DNA of 64,000 nt, from contig CAWANH010000001.1 of assembly GCA_963783375.1 (NCBI GenBank), positions 64,001 through 128,000 of the forward strand. The letters run 5' to 3'. Numbering within the stretch: the first letter of the stretch is position 1; every line of letters starts with the position of its first letter. This document shows positions 59,055 to 64,000 of this stretch, in pieces. Below the pieces are notes generated by a model, which did not search any database, was not told the origin of the DNA, and saw only the letters and a list, made by a program, of their open reading frames with translations. This DNA is from Candidatus Eiseniibacteriota bacterium. GTDB lineage: Bacteria > Eisenbacteria > RBG-16-71-46 > JABDJR01. Made by a program: the position numbers and the translations under genes.

Positions 59055-60661
59055 ATGGACGTCCTGGAGACCCACGTCAACACCGCCGATCCCGGCTACC
59101 GGGAGAACCGCGCCCGCATGGAGGCCCTGGTGGCCGAGCTCGGCGAGAACGTGGCCGCCGCCCGCCGGGGCGGCTCGGAGAAGGCCCACCGCCGGCACTC
59201 CGAGCAGGGAAAGCTCTTCGTGCGGGAGCGCCTGAAGCGCCTCCTCGACCCCGAGACCCCGTTCCTCGAGCTCTCCCCCCTCGCCGCCCACGGGCTCTAC
59301 GACGGGGGGGCGCCCGCCGCCGGCCTGGTCACCGGGATCGGCCGGGTGAGCGGACGCGAGGTCATGATCGTGGCCAACGACGCCACCGTCAAAGGCGGGA
59401 CCTACTTCCCGCTCACGGTGAAGAAGCACCTCCGGGCCCAGGAGATCGCCATGGAGAACCGGCTTCCCTGCGTCTACCTCGTGGACTCGGGGGGGGCCTT
59501 TCTCCCCCTCCAGGACGAGGTGTTCCCCGATCGCGACCACTTCGGGCGCATCTTCTACAATCAGGCCCGCATGTCGGCGGCGGGGATCCCCCAGATCGCT
59601 TCGGTCATGGGGTCCTGCACCGCGGGCGGGGCCTACGTCCCCGCCATGAGCGACGAGGTGGTGATCGTCAAGGGCACGGGAACCATCTTTCTGGGCGGGC
59701 CGCCCCTGGTGAAGGCGGCCACCGGGGAGGAGGTCACCGCCGAGGAACTGGGAGGGGCCGACGTCCACGCACGGAAGAGCGGGGTGGCCGATCACTACGC
59801 GGTGGACGACGATCACGCGCTGCACCTGGTGCGCACCATCGTGGCCGATCTCAACCTGAAGCCCCGGGAGCCCGAGGACCGTCTCCCCCCCGAGGATCCC
59901 CTCTACGATCCCCGGGAGATCTACGGCATCATGCCCGCCGACTTCCGCAAACCCTTCGACGTGCGGGAGGTGGTGGCCCGGATGGTCGACGGGAGCCGGT
60001 TCCACGAGTTCAAGGAGCGCTACGGCGGCACCCTGGTCACCGGCTTCGCCCGTATCCACGGATACCTGGTGGGCATCCTGGCCAACAACGGGGTCCTCTT
60101 CTCGGAGAGCGCGCTCAAGGCGGCGCACTTCATCACCATGGCCGACAAGCGGCGCATCCCCCTGGTTTTCCTCCAGAACATCACCGGGTTCATGGTGGGG
60201 AAGGCCTACGAGGAGGGGGGCATCGCCAAGGACGGGGCCAAGATGGTGCACGCGGTGGCCAACGCCACCGTTCCCCGCTTCACCGTGATCATCGGCGGCT
60301 CCTTCGGGGCCGGGAACTACGGGATGTGCGGGCGCGCCTACCAGCCCCGCCAGCTGACCATGTGGCCGGGGGCCCGGATCTCGGTCATGGGGGGGAGCAG
60401 GCGGCCATGGTGCTGGCCCAGGTGAAGGAAGAACAGCTTGCCCGTTCCGGCCGGACCTGGACCGCGGAGGAACGGGACGCGTTCATGGCCCCGACCCTCG
60501 AGAAGTACGAACGGGAGGGGAGCCCCTACTACTCCACCGCCCGGCTCTGGGACGACGGCGTCATCGATCCCGTTGAGACCCGGGGGCACCTGGCCCTGGG
60601 CATCGCCGCCTCCTACAACGGCCCCTGGGAAGAGCCCAGGATGGGCATCTTCCGGATGTGA
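59055..60661 (+). CDS. liuB: methylcrotonyl-CoA carboxylase carboxyltransferase subunit (frameshift in G run 60389-60395)
   Basis: [41 protein letters not shown]; adding one G restores [24 protein letters not shown]. Confidence 0.88.
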
Positions 60662-60671
60662 GGAACCGATC

Positions 60672-61463
60672 ATGCCGGAGCGCGAACCGCTGAGGATCGA
60701 CCGCCGCGGCCCGGTGGCCCGGGTGGTCCTGAACCGGCCCGCCATCCACAACGCCTTCGACGACGTCCTCGTCCGCTCCCTGACCGCGGCCGCTCACGAC
60801 CTGGGGGCCGACCCCGGGGTCCGGGTGGTGGTCCTGGCCGGCGAGGGGAAGTCCTTCTGCGCGGGAGCCGACCTCAACTGGATGAAGCGGATGGTGGACT
60901 ACCGACCCGAAGAGAACCGTCGCGACTCCGAGGCCCTGGCCCGGATGTTCGAAGCGCTGGACGCCCTTCCCCGTCCGGTGGTGGGCCGCATCCATGGGGC
61001 GGCCATCGGCGGAGGGACCGGCCTGGTGGCGGTGTGCGACGTCGCGGTGGCTTCGTCGGAGGCGGTGTTCGGCTTCAGCGAGGTGCGGCTGGGGATCCTC
61101 CCCGCGGTGATCTCCCCGTTCGTGCTGGCCAAGATCGGCGCCGCCGCCGCCCGGGATCTCTTCCTGACCGGCGACCGTTTCGACGCGGCCCGCGCCCACG
61201 AGATCGGCCTCGTCCAGCGGGTAACCGATCCCGAGGCCCTCGATGCCGGCGTGGAGCGGATCGTGGCCTCGCTCCTCCACGGGGGACCGGAAGCCCAGGC
61301 CCGGATCAAGCGGCTCATCCCGGAGGTGGCGGGGCGCTCTCCCGCGAACGCCCGGGAGACGACCGCCGAAGCCATCGCCGAGGCCCGGGCCGGGGCCGAG
61401 GGCCAGGAGGGCATGCGCGCGTTTCTGGAACGCCGCCCCGCGCGCTGGCGGGAGGACGGCTGA
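60672..61463 (+). CDS. liuC: methylglutaconyl-CoA hydratase (enoyl-CoA hydratase family)
   Basis: LNRPAIHNAFD, FCAGADLNWM, AIGGG, FSEVRLGILPAVISP; liu context. Confidence 0.85.
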   Translation: MPEREPLRIDRRGPVARVVLNRPAIHNAFDDVLVRSLTAAAHDLGADPGVRVVVLAGEGKSFCAGADLNWMKRMVDYRPEENRRDSEALARMFEALDALPRPVVGRIHGAAIGGGTGLVAVCDVAVASSEAVFGFSEVRLGILPAVISPFVLAKIGAAAARDLFLTGDRFDAARAHEIGLVQRVTDPEALDAGVERIVASLLHGGPEAQARIKRLIPEVAGRSPANARETTAEAIAEARAGAEGQEGMRAFLERRPARWREDG

Positions 61464-61464
61464 G

Positions 61465-62958
61465 ATGTTCCGCCGGGTGCTGGTGGCCAACCGGGGAGAG
61501 ATCGCGCTTCGCGTGATGCGAACCCTCGAGGAGATGGGGATCGAGTCGGTGGCGGTGGCCTCGGAAGCCGATCGCGACGCCCCCCATGCGCTGGCGGCCA
61601 CGGAAACCCACGTCATCGGCCCCGCCCCCGCCGCCCGCTCCTACCTCTCGATCGACGCCCTGATCGGGGCCGCGCGGAAAGCGGGTTGCGACGCCTTGCA
61701 TCCCGGCTATGGATTCCTCTCCGAGAGCCCCACCCTGGCCGAGGCCTGCGCCGGGGCGGGGATCGCCTTCATCGGGCCGCCCCCCGCGGCCATGCGCGTC
61801 ATGGGCTCGAAGACCGAGAGCCGCGTGGCCATGGAGCGGGCGGGGGTGCCGGTGGTTCCGGGGTTCCAGGAGCCGGGCGCCGACGACCGGGCCCTGGCCG
61901 CGGCGGCGGACCGTCTGGGCTATCCAATCCTGGTCAAGGCCTCGGCGGGGGGGGGCGGAAAGGGGATGCGGACGGTGCGCGAGCCGAAGGAGCTGGCCTC
62001 CGCCCTGGCCATGGCCCGAGGCGAGGCCGGGGCCGCCTTCGGCGACGACCGGGTCTACCTGGAGCGGCTCCTCCTTCGCCCCCGTCACGTGGAGATCCAG
62101 GTGTTCGGCGATCGCGACGGTCGCGTGTTTCACCTCGGCGAGCGCGAGTGCAGCGTGCAGCGCCGGCACCAGAAGATCCTGGAGGAGGCCCCCTCCCCCG
62201 CGATGGATCCGGCCCTCCGGGCGCGCATGGGCGAGGCGGCGGTCGCCGCCGCCCGCGCGGTCGGCTATCGGAACGCGGGCACGGTGGAGTTCCTGCTGGA
62301 CGAGGACGGATCGTTCTACTTCCTGGAAATGAACACCCGGCTCCAGGTCGAGCACCCGGTGACCGAGATGGTGTACGGGGTCGACCTGGTGGCCGCGCAG
62401 GTGCGAACCGCGGCGGGGGACGTCCTCGCCTTCGATCCCGCCGCCCTGGCTCCCCGCGGCCACGCGGTGGAGGCCCGGATCTACGCCGAGGACCCCGCCC
62501 GGGGATTTCTTCCCCAGACCGGGCGGGTGCTCCGGCTCCGCCTCCCCCACCGCCCCGGGGTCCGGGTGGATTCCGGCCTGGCCGGGGGCCGCGAGGTGGG
62601 GGTTCACTACGACCCCCTCCTGGCCAAGGTGATCGCCTGGGGATCCGACCGCGACCGGGCCGTCGACCGGCTCTACGACGCCCTTGGCGAGACGGTGATC
62701 CTCGGCGTCACCACGAACGTGGACTTCCTCATGGACGTCCTCGCCCATCCCGCCTGGAAGGCCGGCCGGCTCCACACCGGTTTCCTGGGAGAGCACCTTC
62801 CGGGGTGGCGGGGCGCGGAGCCGACCCCGCCGGAGGTCGTGGCCCTGGCCGCCGAGGCCTCGGTCATGGGCGCAGGGCGCCGGGGAGACGGCGCCGGCGC
62901 CCCCTCCCCCACCCCCTGGACCACGCTCGGGGGCTGGTCCCCCTGGGGAGGGCGATGA
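61465..62958 (+). CDS. liuD: biotin carboxylase subunit of acyl-CoA (methylcrotonyl-CoA) carboxylase
   Basis: ANRGEIA, HPGYGFLSE, GGGGKGM, ERECSVQRRHQK, EMNTRLQVEHPVTE. Confidence 0.88.
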   Translation: MFRRVLVANRGEIALRVMRTLEEMGIESVAVASEADRDAPHALAATETHVIGPAPAARSYLSIDALIGAARKAGCDALHPGYGFLSESPTLAEACAGAGIAFIGPPPAAMRVMGSKTESRVAMERAGVPVVPGFQEPGADDRALAAAADRLGYPILVKASAGGGGKGMRTVREPKELASALAMARGEAGAAFGDDRVYLERLLLRPRHVEIQVFGDRDGRVFHLGERECSVQRRHQKILEEAPSPAMDPALRARMGEAAVAAARAVGYRNAGTVEFLLDEDGSFYFLEMNTRLQVEHPVTEMVYGVDLVAAQVRTAAGDVLAFDPAALAPRGHAVEARIYAEDPARGFLPQTGRVLRLRLPHRPGVRVDSGLAGGREVGVHYDPLLAKVIAWGSDRDRAVDRLYDALGETVILGVTTNVDFLMDVLAHPAWKAGRLHTGFLGEHLPGWRGAEPTPPEVVALAAEASVMGAGRRGDGAGAPSPTPWTTLGGWSPWGGR

Positions 62959-62959
62959 C

Positions 62960-63442
62960 GTGGAGGTGAAGCTCAACCGGGAAGGCGAGGTCTTCCGGGC
63001 ACGCCGCGACGCGCCCGGCGAGATCACGGTGCTCGGTCCGGACGAACCTGCGAGGTCGATCACCGTGCTCCGGCTCCCCGACGGGAGCTATGCGGTGGAG
63101 ACCCCGACCGGCCGTCACCACGCCGAAGCGGCCCGGGAAGGCGAGACGATCTGGGTCCGCTGGCGGGGGCGCACCTACTGTTTTCAGATGGACCGCGGGC
63201 GCGGACGGGCCCGGGACTTGGGTGGAGGCCTGGCTTCTCCCATGCCGGGGCAGGTGCAGAAGGTGCTGGTCGCGACGGGAGACGCGGTGGAAACGCACCA
63301 GCCGTTGGTGGTGGTCGAGGCCATGAAGATGCAGCTCGAGATCAAGGCCCCGCGCGCGGGGCGGGTGAAACGGTTGCTCGCCGCCGAGGGGGACCAGGTC
63401 GCGGCGGGAGCGCCCCTGGTGGAGATGGAGGAGACCCCGTGA
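62960..63442 (+). CDS. biotin carboxyl carrier protein
   Basis: SPMPG, VEAMKM biotinylation motif. Confidence 0.88.
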   Translation: MEVKLNREGEVFRARRDAPGEITVLGPDEPARSITVLRLPDGSYAVETPTGRHHAEAAREGETIWVRWRGRTYCFQMDRGRGRARDLGGGLASPMPGQVQKVLVATGDAVETHQPLVVVEAMKMQLEIKAPRAGRVKRLLAAEGDQVAAGAPLVEMEETP

Positions 63443-63452
63443 ACCCCTCGTC

Positions 63453-64000
63453 GTGGCCGGTCGTCGCCCCCCCCCCGGCGGGCTCCCCGAACGCGCGGTC
63501 ATCGTGGAGGTGGGGCCGCGCGACGGACTCCAGAGCCAGGGCACGGTGATCGCGGTGGAGCGGAAGGTGGAGTTCGTGAACCGCCTCGGCCGAACCGGGC
63601 TGCCGGTGATCGAGGCGGGAGCGTTCGTGAGCCCGGAGTGGGTTCCGCAGATGGCCGACTCCGAGGAGGTGCTTCGCCGGATCGAGAGGCGGGAGGGCGT
63701 GCGCTACCCGGTCCTGGTCCCCGATCTCCGGGATTGGAGCGGGCGCTGGCCGCGGGGGCGCGGGAGATCGCCGTATTCACCGCCGCTTCGGAGACCTTCA
63801 ACCGGCGGAACACCAACGCGGGGATCGTCGAGTCCATCGATCGCTTCCGGCCGGTCGCCGGGCGAGCCCGCGCCGGCGGACTGCGGGTGCGGGGCTACGT
63901 CTCCACCTGTTTCGGCTGCCCCTACGAGGGACCGGTGAACCCGGAGAAGGTGGTCGAGGTCGTCGACCGCCTCGACGGGATCGGGGTGGAGGAGTTCTCG
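63453..64000 (+). CDS. liuE: hydroxymethylglutaryl-CoA lyase, partial, frameshift at GGG 63730-63732
   Basis: EVGPRDGLQ, FVSPEWVPQMAD; the shifted frame continues GLERA..FTAASETF..RGYVSTCFGCPYEG; start uncertain. Confidence 0.88.

Noticed and set aside
60389-60395. Phase variation at the G7 tract of liuB
   Set aside because: Short tract in a core catabolic gene with other nearby homopolymer indels; sequencing error is more parsimonious

Overview
High-GC, gene-dense bacterial chromosome segment with about 52 CDSs. No rRNA, tRNA, CRISPR array, transposase or prophage was seen. FlgD-Ig-type C-termini and a C-terminal SWGxIK motif suggest an Eisenbacteria/Krumholzibacteriota/Latescibacterota-like lineage (inference). 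Routine content: RlmI-like methyltransferase, LeuA-like synthase, atoE, thiS-thiG-thiE, rnr, lemA-DUF2207, ispH, peptidases, surface-glycan genes and a leucine-degradation (liu-like) operon. Highlights: (1) a ~12 kb locus (46.7-58.9 kb) in which two glutamate dehydrogenases alternate with three PPDK/PEPS-type ATP-grasp proteins that lack a pyruvate-binding barrel but keep a conserved His. One is fused to receiver domains, another to a sensor-like domain plus a nucleotidyltransferase, and a metallophosphoesterase sits inside the locus. This is a candidate non-canonical phospho/nucleotidyl signalling system for nitrogen metabolism. (2) A monocistronic bacterial histone with a Lys-rich N-terminal tail. 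(3) A luciferase-less luxE-luxC/aminotransferase/acyltransferase/ABC exporter cluster. (4) A 185-bp CTAG-flanked MITE-like hairpin. Four frameshifts in conserved genes near the right end are probably sequencing errors. All product calls come from motif recognition by eye; no database search was run.
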